The notes beneath the pieces were generated by a model. That model saw only the letters and a program-made list of their open reading frames with translations. It did no database searches and was not told where the DNA came from. Made by a program: the position numbers and the translations under genes. 64,000 nucleotides of DNA from Octopus vulgaris (lineage: Eukaryota), in NCBI GenBank assembly GCA_951406725.2, contig OX597821.1, positions 27,528,001 through 27,592,000 on the forward strand. Reading direction: 5' to 3'. Of the stretch, positions 15,758-29,463 are shown in pieces (positions within the stretch are counted from its first letter, which is position 1; each line of letters begins with the position of its first letter).

Positions 15758-16479
15758 CATATACATATAGACACATACACAGACGCATATACACACATAC
15801 ACAGATATATATATATATATGTTTATCAATATAAACTCACACGGACATACACAGACACACACACACACGCAAGTAAATTAATACAAATAGGGTCATAACC
15901 GAAGTTTGTTACTGTCTCGTTTGTAATACAAAAGAGTTGGAAGATCTATGCTATGGAACGAGAACGTAACAATGTAGAATTATAGAGATAAACTAAGAGC
16001 AAACAATATCGAAAATGTATTTAACTCATGTGTGAATTCTATAAATTATTTGTTCGCATTATTGATGGCAGTTAGATGAGACTTTAGTTGAAATATATAT
16101 TCGGCAAATGATACAACTAAGACACGATTCTAATGTGATTCTGGTAATGGCTTGCGTTATAAACTGTATCCGCTAATGAGATGGGTAATTATATAATTTC
16201 TGAGTACATCATTTTGAAGATTTCAATCTCATGGAGATAAGTGTATGGATATTATGTCATATAACTTGATTAAGGGAGGACGAGATGGAAGAAATATCGA
16301 ATAGAAATATAGTAATATTAGAGAAGTGTTTTGAATAAGGTGAAATCTTATAGAAATTGATGTGTTCGAATATAAATTCTGTTTAGTAGTACAGTTGTCG
16401 TATATGTAAAACATCTACTACTGATACGGTTAGCGCAACTTTATGTATGTATGTATGTAGCTATGTGCATATATATATG

Positions 16480-16525
<46 letters not shown>

Positions 16526-17062
16526 TATATGTGTGTGTGCGGGAAGAGAGAGAGAAAGAAAGAAAGAAAGAAAATAAACAGTCAAATTGGCCGGGTACCG
16601 GAACATTAAATTTACTAAGTTAATTATTAGTATTTGAAATGAAATACAGGGAAGAAAATTTAGCAGATAACTCCTGAAGGAGTGATACTCAAGGAAGAGA
16701 AGACAAGTGAAGAGTAAAGTGAACACATATATACAATAAGAAAAGGAAGAGAGAATGGATGAAAAATATGAAGAAATAGTTGTAAAAATCATAGTGAAAG
16801 TATACAAAAAGCATGAACAGTGTGAGAAAAGAAAACAACTTAACGAGAAAATAAAAAAAACTTGTGGGAGACTGTTCTCGATTCGCAGAAAACCTGCGCT
16901 CTCCTGTTGTGTGGAAGAAAGAGAACATAGAATATTTGCACACTTTAGGTTTTGTTAAATTTCAAAGTCGTGAGGCAGCGTAATTATTTTAGACGGAAAA
17001 GAAAATGTTGCTTGTTGAGGTGAAATGAAGACAACGATTTTTCAAGAATATAAGGACTATAA

Positions 17063-17093
<31 letters not shown>

Positions 17094-17148
17094 TGTATGT
17101 ATGTATGTATGTATGTATATATATATATATATATACATATATATATAC

Positions 17149-17182
<34 letters not shown>

Positions 17183-17197
17183 GTGTGTGTATTTATA

Positions 17198-17240
<43 letters not shown>

Positions 17241-17430
17241 AAAAAGTTGAGTTGTGGGGTATCTGCCAATTTTCTGCCAATTTTTCCAAATATTCTCATC
17301 ACACTATTGAACTTTTTATACTATATTTATACATGTAATGTGACAATTATGTATAAAAAAACATTTTTAATTCATAATATTCAATGTGACAATTATGTAA
17401 AAAACTTTTTTGAACCCATAATATTCAATG

Positions 17431-17476
17431 TTACTTTTGACAATCTTTTTAACAAAGAGTGAAACCGGTTAAGTAA
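17431..17476 (+). ncRNA. Minimal type I hammerhead-ribozyme-like motif (U3-A8 variant) in a probable PLE terminal-repeat remnant
   Basis: Stem I TTACTT/AAGTAA; core TTGACAA; stem II TCTTT/AAAGA; 2-nt insert GT; GAAA; palindromic stem III ACCGGT. Confidence 0.5.
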
Positions 17477-19500
17477 ATAAACATCGTTTAAATTGCATTT
17501 TCAAACCTTTTTTCATATATATATATATATATATGGATGTATGTACGCACGCATATATGTATGCTCTCTTTCATAAATAATTACTAGTATTCTTCATCTT
17601 TGTTTATAAGAATGATACAAAGCGCCTTCGTTATAATGTAGATAACAAGAAATAAATTAACATTATAAACGTTTTGCAAAGTTTTTTTCTGTTCCACCCA
17701 CAGACATGTTGCGTTCTTTGACCGGGTTGGCTGGTTAATTACTATTCAGGAAACCCTAGCTTTCCTAGATTGTCACGTAAGGACTCACTATATATGCATG
17801 TACTAATACGCGAATGCGTTTTGGATATATTATAGATTTTCCCCTTCAGAATTATACAGCAACTGAGAATATGACTAGGTTGTCTTAATTATATCAAGAC
17901 AACTCCTTGTAATTGCAGATATGTGTATTAGTTACTCTGTGTATACATGTACGTGTGTACAAATATATGGAAAAACTTGCACACACGTTTGAGCATGTCA
18001 TTTAATACAGAAGCGTGTGTGAGTGTGTGTGCGTGTAATTGTGTGTGTGCGTTTGCGTGCGCGCCTGTGTGTTTGTGTGTTTGTTTCAATACTGTTTATA
18101 GGCATGTCTGGTTGTACATTTATGTGTAAATGTGATCGTATTTATACTTTCAAACCAAGAACATCAAACTGAGTAATTCTGAAACATATTGAATAGTACA
18201 ATAATACCATAAATCTTTTATATCTGTAGTGTAAGAGTCAGTTTAATTTTTCTTGTAGTGTGAAACTGGCATTTCTAGTGTGTTGAAAACTATGGATCCG
18301 TAAACAAGTGTACACATAGCAGAGTTTTTACACACTTTATTAGAACTGAAAGTTTGTTATAGATTACTCAATAGATCTTTTCTGTTTCATCATTATTTGA
18401 CCAAATATTCACATCTCCTGGACAGCTGATCTCTACCGTAGTGCTTATATTTCCCAAGCACTATTGCATTTCACGCATCTGTTATCAAAGCATTTATATT
18501 CTCTCTTCTTAAAGTGGCTTCATCGGTATAGTTTTGGTATGTTTTTAGTATAGTCATCAGGATATTTCTTCTTGAGTATATCATGTTTAGCGCCTATATG
18601 TATGAATATATAATAGACGTACATACAGGCACACATTTGTGTATGTGTGTGTGCTTTAAAATAGTACTGCTTATAACAGCCCACCAAATGTAATGTCAAC
18701 GTCGATCCAGGGCATCTATATCCCTCATTTCTGACAAATTATCTGTCATGGAAGCGGGCGTGGCTGCCAAGGCCGATATTAGAGAGGTAGATCCTGTAAT
18801 AGAGTAATGAGGGAACTGAAGCTACGCGAACAACGATAGCAGAGGTTGGTGAGGACTTCTGTTCTCTTTCTGATATCTCCTGCGACCGGTTTCATAGCAT
18901 TATACAGCTGTCATTGGACAAGTGACATTTCATGCTCGAGGAAGTTGATTCGGATCGAAGTACGTACTTTTGCGATTCGTACATATTTCCATAAAGATTG
19001 CAGTGATGAGGGTGCATTTAAATTAAATGGGTTTTTCTTCCGTTACGAGTGTCCCTTCAAAGGCTATGAGAATCAGCACAAAAGGGAAAATCATTTAAAT
19101 TTTCCGCGCCAGGGGTGCAGTATAATGCTGTTTATCATAAAAACGATTAATTGAACCATTCTTGTTAGAGAGTACTGTGACTAGATTCATTTTCTTAACT
19201 TTGTGCGACAATCTGTCATGAAGAGCTTTTAAGATGTGGGGTTCCGTTGCTAGTGAGATAGGGCACCCTTACAAAACCATATCAAAATTTATTACCTACC
19301 TTCATGAAATTTTGCGAAAAGAAATATTTTGGCTGAAAGAGTACATTAGAATATATTCTGCGTCCAACTGACTTAAAACAGCAACTGCCGACGAATCGAG
19401 TGCATCTTATGATAAGTAATATTGTTGCAGGAATAACATGTGGGCACCGAGCAGTATCAGAAATTATATACTTATACATTGCAACACTGCTTCTCCGGTA

Positions 19501-19724
19501 CACGGGGGGGGGGGGTGCTGAAACGTTCCCGAATTAAACAGTGTTGCGAACGGCCTGGTTCGAGGCCCAAATTTCCGAGTTCTTTTAGAAGGCTTAGGAA
19601 AACTGAGAGACCGCTGCAATATATATGTTAGTCTGAGATGGGAATATGTTGAATAAAATCAAAATCAACTGATCCTCCTGTATTTTCTGTTCTCCAAATT
19701 CAGTAACTTTTCAGCACGTCTTCG
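19501..19724 (+). mobile_element. Mariner-derived MITE
   Basis: Imperfect TIRs (GTGCTGAAACGTTC / GTAACTTTTCAGCAC) with TA on both sides. The interior keeps the mariner C-terminus (EGLGKLRDRCNIYVSLRWEYVE*). Same family as ~52127-52287. Confidence 0.75.
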
Positions 19725-20014
19725 TATATTATTTAAATATTCTGCACTGAACTTTGCGCGCATTTCGTCGTTTAAGAAACTAGCAGAAACTACTTTCATG
19801 GAATGCAATCTGCACAGCGCAAATAATGAATGTTTATCGTAATGTTACATTCTTTCCATGCGCTATATATGGTTAATCTAACAAAAATAAACTGTATTAC
19901 AAAAAAGATAATTTCTATTGTTGTTTGTAATAAAAAAAAGAAGTTATATACTCCAACGTTTATGTATTTGGTTAGCAAGTTTCCTGATATAACACTATAT
20001 ATAATAACAAATAT

Positions 20015-20677
20015 TGCAGGTAGAACTGTGCTGTTTATGAGGTTGGCGCGGGTGGTCCTGTCCAAAGTTCCCTCGAGCACATCCCTTATGCCATTAAACA
20101 CCTTCCATCCGGCCATTACTCTCCGTGAGATCTCCTTTTCGATATCTCGGCACATATTCCCTTCCTGTCCTAGGTAGACATATTCCTTTACTTCCTCTAT
20201 TTCATCACTGCCGATCACCATTCGACCTGTTAGTACGTTGTCTGACCGCATCAACTTCGTTTACATGCGGTTCATCTTGTTATATAGTAGTGAAACATGG
20301 GCTAATCACAAAGAGAGAAGAGCAGAGACTGGTAACGGCTCAATGCTTGGAATCTCGTTGAGAGAGCACATCAGTAGGGAGGTCATCAGAGAGAAGTCCG
20401 GCGTGAGGGATGTTATCGCCGAATATGCACGTAGCAGTTTAGATGGGCTGGACACATCGCCCAGCTTACCGATAATCGGTAGACCCGTGCAGTGGTCGTT
20501 TCTGCTCGCGCGGGTACCACTCGGAAGGCCTACCCGACGGTGGAGTTACGATTTCAGGAGGATGATTGGGATCACGTGGATGAGAAAGGCGCGATCCAGA
20601 GAGGAGTTGACAGCGTGCTGTGACCAGCGGTGTCAAATGGACGCCCGACGGACTGGTCGGTCAAGGTGATCAAGGTG
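20015..20677 (+). mobile_element. RTE-clade LINE, 5'-truncated with an inverted 5' segment (20015-~20277 minus; ~20278-20677 plus)
   Basis: Minus part: IEEVKEYVYLGQ..EKEISRRVMAGW..NSTVLPA. Plus part: (M)LYSSETWA..RWAGHIA..PLGRPTRRW. Tail (TCAAGGTGA)2; TSD ATAACAAATAT at 20004-20014 and 20678-20688. Confidence 0.92.
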
Positions 20678-23600
20678 ATAACAAATATAAGAATATGGTT
20701 GCATAGGAATAATTTCGAAATCAGTGTACTTGGTTATTTGGAATACAGGGTATAAATCTAATTAAAATGTTTTATCTAATAATAGCTATCAAATCGGACT
20801 TATGATCAAAAGTATTATAAAGGTGCGTCAATATTTTCATCTATTTTGAGAAACGTCTGCAAATTCTCAAATATTCTTGGTTAAAGTCCAAAGAAGATTT
20901 AGAACTTGTAGATTATAATCATGTGTAAAAAGCGTTATTTTGTATCCTTAGTCAGATGACCAATTATTCTCACTAATCCTACTATTGATTATCAAGCCAG
21001 ATATTTATTATAACTGAAAATGTTATTTTTTCTCTTTATTTACAAAGAAACTACAGTGCAAGTAAACATTTGGAATTAAACTTCAGTTATCCAGATCTAG
21101 GTTTTGATTGCTATTTTTTCGTTGCCATCTCTGAAGTTGACTTCTGCATTCTGCATCACTGTTTTAATATTGCTCGCACTAAAATGACCAGTTATATTTA
21201 CAGCATACTTGTTGGTATTATTTTAGTAGTTTTCTATTGAATATATTTCAGGTGTAGGGTGATAAATGTCGTACTTCGAAACATATTTCTATGGAAAACA
21301 ACAAACAAGGTTATTAGTCGGAAGATATCCATTGATTAATTCCTGAGATTTTTATGATTTTTATAGAGAAAGTAGATCTGAACCAGGAACTTTTATTTTA
21401 TAGGGTTATTTTGGATAATCTGCATAGCCAGGTGATGCGTTTAATGTTATGGCTGAAACAGCATTTATATAATTTAGATGTTCTTATTATATTTGGAGAT
21501 AAGCTACAAAAATATATGCATTGAAATTAGATTTCCAAAATATATTAGCTGATGACGAGAAACTTTATTAATATATCGTAATATTTTGTATGTTCTGGCC
21601 CCTAAAACAATGTCTACAAGAATGAAAAAGTACTTAAAAGTGGCATATATTAGCTTCGCAATAATTGACAATGTTCTGCATCCTGGTAAACTTTCTTGTA
21701 GTTTTCCTTTTGTAATAAAAGAAGGTATGCTTTCCTATGACATGCCCAGCCACTTAAACGCTAAAGCAATGACAAAGGGTTCTTCATTTGATATGACTAA
21801 ATACACGTTTATAAAATCGATAGAAATCAAGCACTTTACTTTTTCTATTAAAATATGAAGTAGAGTCACACTGCTTAAACATTCAAGAATTTCATCCAAT
21901 TAAAAGATACGAACGTTGAAATGACAATTTAAGCTCCTGATTAAATCTTTTAGGTGTGACCAGCTATTAAAACGTTTATGCATGAGTGTATCAGTATATA
22001 TATTTTCTGCAACAGGCGAACTAATATAACTCAGTATCATATGATTAAAAATACGCACATGGATACTGAAACATGCCACATATATCAACAAGTAAAGCAA
22101 GAGGCATCGCCAATATTTTGAGAATCACACTTACATTTAGACTAAGTGTAACTCTAAAATTTTAACGATTATTATTTGATTAGTGATTTCTATTGGTTAA
22201 GCATAACAGTTAAACATCCAAGAGTTTTGATCTCGAAAATTTGCCTATGATAGGTCTACTAAATCCAAAATAAGAAGCTTCTCTCCGCTGTCCATAACGT
22301 TTCTTAATTATAGTGTTGTAAAATTGATGGAGGTTTGTTTTAGCTGGATAAGCTCTCTGTCTATTTGCGTGTGTGTGTGTGTCTCTCTCTCTCTTGCATT
22401 TTTGTTAGTAAAGTGTTCATCAGAAGTAAGTAACATATATCTCCTTACACTTTGTATTAGTGATTATGATCATTATTTCTTGGTTTTCGTGTATCACAAG
22501 TTTAAACCATTATTAAAATTTAAACAAAAGCACAAAATCAATTCAAAATAAATGTGAGAGAAAATTATATTAATTGAATATTGTGGATTTAATAGGCCGT
22601 AATCAAAATACAATAAATAGCAATATAATGTGTTCAATTATCCTATAAATGAAGTAAATAACTGCAAGTTGTGTTGTCTTCTTGTACATTACGATTCTCG
22701 TATAATTTACATTAATTATTTTGTGTATATGTGTAACGAAAATTTAAAATATTTCCAATGACTTAAGGTTTGCAAAGAAATGTTTTCTGATATAATACCC
22801 CAGTTGACGTTTTTCAAATGAGATTTACTTCTAAGATTTATTTCTATAACATATGGCCTGTGCTACTGTTCAAGATTATCAATACTTCAAAATGCACGGA
22901 AGAGATTTTCGTATGAGATCATCTAACGATCTATCTTTAAAAATGAACAGCTAAGTGCCTTGAAAGACTAACACTTGTATGGAAAACGGTAAATTAGTAG
23001 CATTATAAGTCTAGAATATCTGGATTACCATTTTATTCATATGTTTAGACAATGAATTTGTATTATAGTCTATGCATTCTTTTATCGTACAAGTATACAT
23101 GAAGAATAGTGTAAAGATATGATATAAATTCATATTGATATTAAAATTGTATTAAATGCTGTATTTATATAGAAATTAATCAATCAATACTAATTAATTT
23201 CCACTGTATATTGTGAGCAACGAAACCACTAATTTGAAATTTATGAGGTATAAATAGACAAGCAAATAGAAAATTATACGGTTGATAGGACTCGAGAAAG
23301 AAGCTATAGGCTTAGTATTTGCAGGCGAGGTCGGTGCGATTGACGTGTAAAACGTTTTTGTTACAGCGTGTTGCTCGATATGTGCATGATAAGCATTTCC
23401 ATGGATAATTCCAAAGAACACAATGTTGAAGTGGACACCGTGTGTTTCGTAGTTAATGTGAGAATTTAGGACGGACACGGATCGTGTATTGAAAAGTGAA
23501 GACTATTTTGTTAGAACATTCAGTGTAGATGTGAGACGGAACAGCGAAATCCGAGGAACAGGTTAGCAGCAGTTTACATGATTAGGATACTGTTGAATAA

Positions 23601-24068
23601 TGAAGCTATCAACACTTAATCGATGATGGAATTACCGAGTAAGTGATTGAATATTGCACGGTGTACCCTTAGAATTGACCTAAGGCAGAATGTGCTCGTG
23701 ACGCTGCAATGTGACAAGGAAGGACCTACACATTTTAAAAAGAACCTATTCCAGAATTTATAACCAGTCAATACATATTTCATTTGAATGCTATCATATT
23801 AATAGGCACTTAACCCCCACACGCACACACACCAATCAGCCTATTGAGGTCGAGATTGGGATCTCAAGAATAAAACGCAAATTCCTTGAATATGGCACCA
23901 TAACAAGATTTTAGTCAAATGCATGTTGGTCAGAATTTCAGGAAAAATATGAAAGAGTCTACATTCAAATTAAACATCAAGCCAACCTGGTATGTCTGAG
24001 TAATATTGATATATCGCAGATGAGGAAGATATATTCCGTTGTGGGCATCAGTTTCAAATATTTAGAGG

Positions 24069-24175
24069 TGTTATGATTTACATCTGTTTATGTGTTACGA
24101 TTTACAGCTGTTATGTGTTATGTGTTATGATTTACGTCTGTTATGTGTTATGTGTTATGTGTTATAATTTACATC
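24069..24175. repeat. Degenerate minisatellite built from GTTATGT and GATTTACATCT units
   Basis: Read directly from the sequence. Confidence 0.8.
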
Positions 24176-24634
24176 TTAGAGCAAACTCTAAGGGAGATGA
24201 CTAGACTTTGCGGTGTGTCATAGATACCTCAGCAAACACCACCGCTAACATCCGGAAAGCCTTTCATTTCACCCCCTTTTAGTAATAAATAGATACAACA
24301 TTCATGTAATAAGGAATATCGGAAGACATATGTGTGTATGTGTGATGTGTGTAAGTGTTTTGTTAGAGTACTACCACTCCACCTTTGGCTACAGCCGGAG
24401 TCTTTGCCTATGCTGGGGAGCTACCATTAACGTTATGACTTGCCTATTTTGAACTCATTTCCACTCCTCTGTGGATTTGGTTCTTGGGAAGTAGTGAGTA
24501 GGAGAGAGTTCCTCTTCTTCCTGTTTCTTGTCGTTATGTGAGTTCAGCAAAACTGACTAATTTTACTTTGAGGGCATCCGCAGTTGCATCTCATGTACAT
24601 TTGAGGCCTTTGGAAAAATCTTCTTCTTCTTCTT

Positions 24635-24665
<31 letters not shown>

Positions 24666-24727
24666 ACAAAAATAATAATAAGGATAAAAAAAAAATAATA
24701 ATAGTAATAATAATAATAATAATTATG

Positions 24728-24794
<67 letters not shown>

Positions 24795-25279
24795 GGTCAC
24801 AGAAAACGAGAAAGCAACCATACTCTGGGATATGCCGATACACACAGATAGAGAAATTAAGGCCAACAGACCAGATATAGTTGTCAGAGATCATGAAGAA
24901 AAAAAATGCTTTCTAATTGATGTATCAATACCCGCAGATGACAACGTGTCTCTAAAAGAAATGGAGAAACTCTCAAAATACAAAGACCTGGAAATAGAGG
25001 TAACTAGAATGTGGAACCTGAAAACAGAAACAATTCCTATCATAGTAGGTGCATTAGGCATGATAAAAAAATATTCAGACAAATACATAACAAAAACACC
25101 AGGACTTACAAACACATATAACATACAGAAAATTGCACTACTAGGCACTGCACACATCCTACGCAGAACACTTTCCATACAATAACCATCAGAGCATCAC
25201 AACAAATCACAGCACATACCCAAGGCACACAGAGCTGCGCTCGGTAGTGAAGTGAAAGCACGCTATAAAAATAAAACTA

Positions 25280-25282
<3 letters not shown>
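24795..25282 (+). mobile_element. Dong/R4 family A, second copy (3' ~490 bp)
   Basis: Nearly identical to 11531-12007 but with an intact frame (RPDIVVRD..LIDVSIP..KLSKY..LRRTLSIQ*). Same 3' end ACTACTG|(AAT)n, with (AAT)n upstream. Confidence 0.95.
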
Positions 25283-25361
<79 letters not shown>

Positions 25362-25391
25362 TTAATAATAATAATAATATTAATAATAATA

Positions 25392-25454
<63 letters not shown>

Positions 25455-26118
25455 GTGGAGTATAAATTAAGACATAACAGAGTTGGCCAATATCTACACT
25501 GGCTAATAAGTCGGCATTACAATATCAAAACTGCCGACAAGTGGTATAATCACCACCCTGAGGCTGTAACTGAAGGAGAAAATGTAACCATTTTGTGGGA
25601 CTTTCCAGCACATACAGACCGAACCATCAAGGCCAATAAACCAGATATTGTTGTGAAAGACCAAAACAATAAAGTTTGTTTATTGAACGACATGAACATC
25701 CCCTGTGATCATAAAATCTCAGCGAGAGAGTTTGACAAGCTCAGAAAATATAAAGACCTACTCATTGAAATTGAGAAAATGTGGCATCTCAAGGCGGTTA
25801 CAATACCCGTGATCGTAGGAGCACTAGGAATGATCAAGAAGGGAACCGAAAATTATATGAGAATGATCCCTGGCTTACCATCCTTGCAAGAAGTGCAAAA
25901 GATTGTCTTAACTGGTACATCACACGTATTGAGAAGAGCATTGTCGATGTGAGAACTGTTGCTGCACATGTATTTTGATTTAACTTTAAAAAGAAAAGAA
26001 ATATGAACGAACTATTGAGTTTGGTTTAATGACCTACCAATCTATACTATGAGTTTCTTTGCCCTAGGAGTCGGGAAGACACTCGGCAAGAAATGGAAGC
26101 AAATTTGAGAGAAGAAGA
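25455..26118 (+). mobile_element. Dong/R4 family C (3' fragment, RLE domain)
   Basis: EYKLRHNRVGQYLHW..KPDIVVKD..KLRKYKDL..LRRALSM*. Distinct 3'UTR with a TTCTTTGCC..GGCAAGAA hairpin; flanked by (AAT)n. Confidence 0.92.
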
Positions 26119-26128
26119 AAAAAAAATG

Positions 26129-26171
<43 letters not shown>

Positions 26172-26290
26172 TGATAATGATGATGATGAAAAATAAACAT
26201 CTCTATAAAAGGATAAATAGATACAACAGAGTCTTACAAGTAATACTGGCCATATCTCCACTACATATCAACAAATTGAATGACTTGATC

Positions 26291-27746
26291 TAATCAACTG
26301 CTGTATTGATATTCACGGAAAATGATCAGGACTTTGCATTAATATATGAAAGCTAGAGATAAGTTTGGAGGTAGACTCTCTGAATTGTTTGCTGTGGAAA
26401 ATGGAGTAAAGCAAGGAGTGATTGATGCACCCACACACTTTTCAATGTACCGTACGGTCGTGTTGTCACACGCTCTTCAAGATTCTGAGGTGAGTATTTA
26501 CATAAAATATCGAACATGGAATCTTTTTAATCTGATCAAACTGGAATTCAACACAGGTTTTTTTACCACAGAAATTAGGGAAATTTTATACGCTGACGAT
26601 TGTGATCTTGTCAGTCATTCCTGAACAGGTCTGCAGTCTCATGTATGTGCATTTGTCTCAACTTGTGATGATTTTGGCGTGACCATTAGCTTGAAAAAAA
26701 TCCAGTTGTAATGCATCAATGTCCGTGTGGTGCTATTTGTAATCCCACTAAAATTTTCGTTAAGGGTAAGTTACTTGAAGTGGTTCTTTTCTCCATCTAC
26801 CTTCGAAGCTCTGTACAAAATGCATCTGCGAATTCAAAGCGCAGCAAAAGCATTTGCTAGTTTGGCGTCACGCGTTTGGCGCCAGCGACATATAAATAAG
26901 AATACGTAGTTGACTCTTTACGAATCATTTGTCATACTATCCCTCTTGTATTCCTATAAAACCAGGACATGCTTTGAAAAACATTTTAAATCGTTACCGC
27001 AATTCCCCCCAAAAGACTTCATCGCATTTTAAACATTACATTGAGTTCTTTTACTCCAAACACATATGTCATTGCATCTGCAGGCATCACCTCAACTAAA
27101 TCTACGATTTTGAGAAGCCAAATCAGATGGTGTGGCCATATTGTTCGAATGGCGTATAAACGTATGCACAAGGGGAGACTCTATCGGAGTAAACCTTAAA
27201 AAAAATGTTTAAGGACGGCATAAAGACTGATATGACATCCCTTGGAATGGAGCCAAAGGATATAGAAACCCTGGCTTCGGGTCGAGCAGGATGGCGAAGT
27301 TTAGACTCGAGTCAATACGTTTGAAGAGGCCAAAATAACGCATGCAAGACGCAAAAGAGATTTATGGAAGAATATTAGGATGGAGAAGTTGAATAACAAT
27401 GACCTTTTGACAGACTATGCCATTCTTTTGTTGAGATCAAATCTCATTTGCGAACCCATGGAAAAGGAACCTACACCAACCACTCTGCATATATATCTGC
27501 GCAAACCTTTGAAAGCAATATATGCCAGAACGTTTGCAAATCTAACGGAGGATTCAAAAGACATTTTAAGATCCACAAAGATCGCAACTTATCTGCAGAT
27601 CTTGGTGGTCCAAATCGGTTATACAATCTATGTGGGTGTCTTTTCCGTACATTGTCTGGTTTAAAAAGCCACATCGAATGCCATGATGGTTCTAAGATCT
27701 AAGGAGGTGTTCAATTCAAACTCTGTATAAGGAGTAGATAACCACC
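26291..27746 (+). mobile_element. RTE (BovB-like) LINE, 5'-truncated and decayed, with C-terminal C2H2 fingers
   Basis: FAVENGVKQGVIDAPTHF, ILYADDCDLVSHS, RSQIRWCGHIVRM, then ICQNVCKSNGGFKRHFKIH and LCGCLFRTLSGLKSHIECH. Confidence 0.88.
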
Positions 27747-27754
27747 ATATGTAT

Positions 27755-27800
<46 letters not shown>

Positions 27801-27809
27801 TCAATATTT

Positions 27810-28005
27810 GACCGCATGTGTACCGTTGGCGATTTTTTCCTCCGTCTTCCCTTCTTTGGATCTTTCTTTTCCTATGTTTCTGACGAAGAGCTCCGCTCGA
27901 AACGTTAAACTCTCCTTCTTTCCTTCATTCCTGAGCGTCCAATATTACTATACTTGTTCCACGTCCTCGCATTGTTGTGTTTTCTGTTTGTGCTTTCATG
28001 TTTAT
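27810..28005 (+). mobile_element. Penelope-like element terminal-repeat (pLTR) fragment
   Basis: Contains a minimal hammerhead motif; related to the minus-strand pieces at 43025-43200 and 49436-49565; sits between (TA)/(CA) microsatellites. Confidence 0.65.
27876..27910 (+). ncRNA. Minimal type I hammerhead ribozyme motif
   Basis: GTTT-CTGACGA-A-GAGC(TCC)GCTC-GAAACGTT-AAAC: intact CUGANGA and GAAA cores, 4-bp stems I and II, and a palindromic loop-less stem III (ACGT). Confidence 0.7.
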
Positions 28006-29060
28006 ATTAATTATATACATATATATATGCATATGTCTACAGGTACATGTTGCATATCTATATATGAACGCATACAAACACAAGTACATACACACCCACA
28101 TGTTTTTCAATTCTACGTGAACAAAAATTTGTTGAAACAAATATAGGCTGAATTGTTCTCACTTTTTGTTCTGTTGATACGTTTTGTAGCCAACCAATTA
28201 TGTTCTTACACGTTCTTCTTATGTAGGGTTAGTCTATATCTTTATATCTATTGGATACATTGTCTTCTCATGTATCTAAATGCGATTTTTCTTTACATGT
28301 TACAATTATTTGTTTCTTTATCTTCAGTTATTATTTTCTCTAGTTCTTCCCCCAAGAATTTCTCTTCATTTTACAGAATTGTGGTTAAAAATATATTTGA
28401 AAATGATCACGTATCTATATATGAATTTAAAAAAATTTCTCATTGTCTTTTCTCTTTCTTTGTTTCTCTCATATGTTTATTCGAAATACTTTGTTTTCCC
28501 ACTTAGTTTTTCTCCCGTTTTTTTTATGTAAGAGGCAAGATCATTTTTACCATTGCTTTTCGTTTTTCTATACTTCTGTGGAAATAATGTTTGTCACAGA
28601 ATTAAACAAAGAACACGATGTTATATAACTATATACCACACGACACAAACATCTAAATGTTTCTTCCTCCCATTCTTGACTTCCTATTGATTAGCACATA
28701 ATGAAAATTATATGTTAATCGATAGACATTTGTCTCTACCTCCGCAAAGCTAAGAATTCTAGAACTCGCCTAGTTTATGAATTTAGCATTATATGTGACC
28801 GAATACACACTGTTCACGAAATTTATAATACAGATATAATAATCTATTTTATGAGTTGTGCTGTGTGAACTTTTTGTGTGTTTCTGCCAATCTGTAAATG
28901 TATGCTTGTGTGTTTATGTATGCGCATGTTTCTGTGCGATGTTTCATATGTCACATGACCTGCATTTCTGACGATACCAAAATTATATTACTTTTTATTC
29001 GACACTTTGTTAGGTTCGTATTAAAATGATCACTGACACAGTACAACACTTACATTTTAA

Positions 29061-29463
29061 GGAACTCTTCGGTTTGAACGGCAGTTTTTTCTAGCGGTGT
29101 CACATGAAATTGTCACCCAAAATAATGACCCTAGAATCGATCTATTGCATTTCAATTTCATTTAGGGTTAGGGGTGGGGGAGGGTATCTGTTTTTCTTCA
29201 CAAATGTAAATAAACCCAATCTGTTTCTTAAACGCGGGACATATTCATACGGCACAGAATGCTTTTTAACTCAATAGACGTCACTGATTGTTTGAAATTG
29301 CAGAAATTGAAGACAAAAAAATATCCTACAAACTATAGAATCTTCTCAATAAAGCCAAAAGAAAAAGACGTTTTATAAACACATTCTACCAGCATACGAA
29401 GTTAAATTTTTTTTAGTTACCTAGAAATTATGTTAAAAACTGCCGTTCAAACAGAAAAGATCG
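29061..29463. mobile_element. MITE with ~28-bp TIRs and internal TTAGGG repeats (copy 1)
   Basis: Ends GGAACTCTTCGGTTTGAACGGCAGTTTTT / AAAAACTGCCGTTCAAACAGAAAAGATCG; TTAGGGTTAGGG at 29162-29173; an inverted second copy lies at 47338-47779. Confidence 0.88.

Noticed and set aside
27448-27702. Host C2H2 zinc-finger gene
   Set aside because: It lies at the C-terminal end of a decayed RTE ORF, and the first Cys of each finger is lost.
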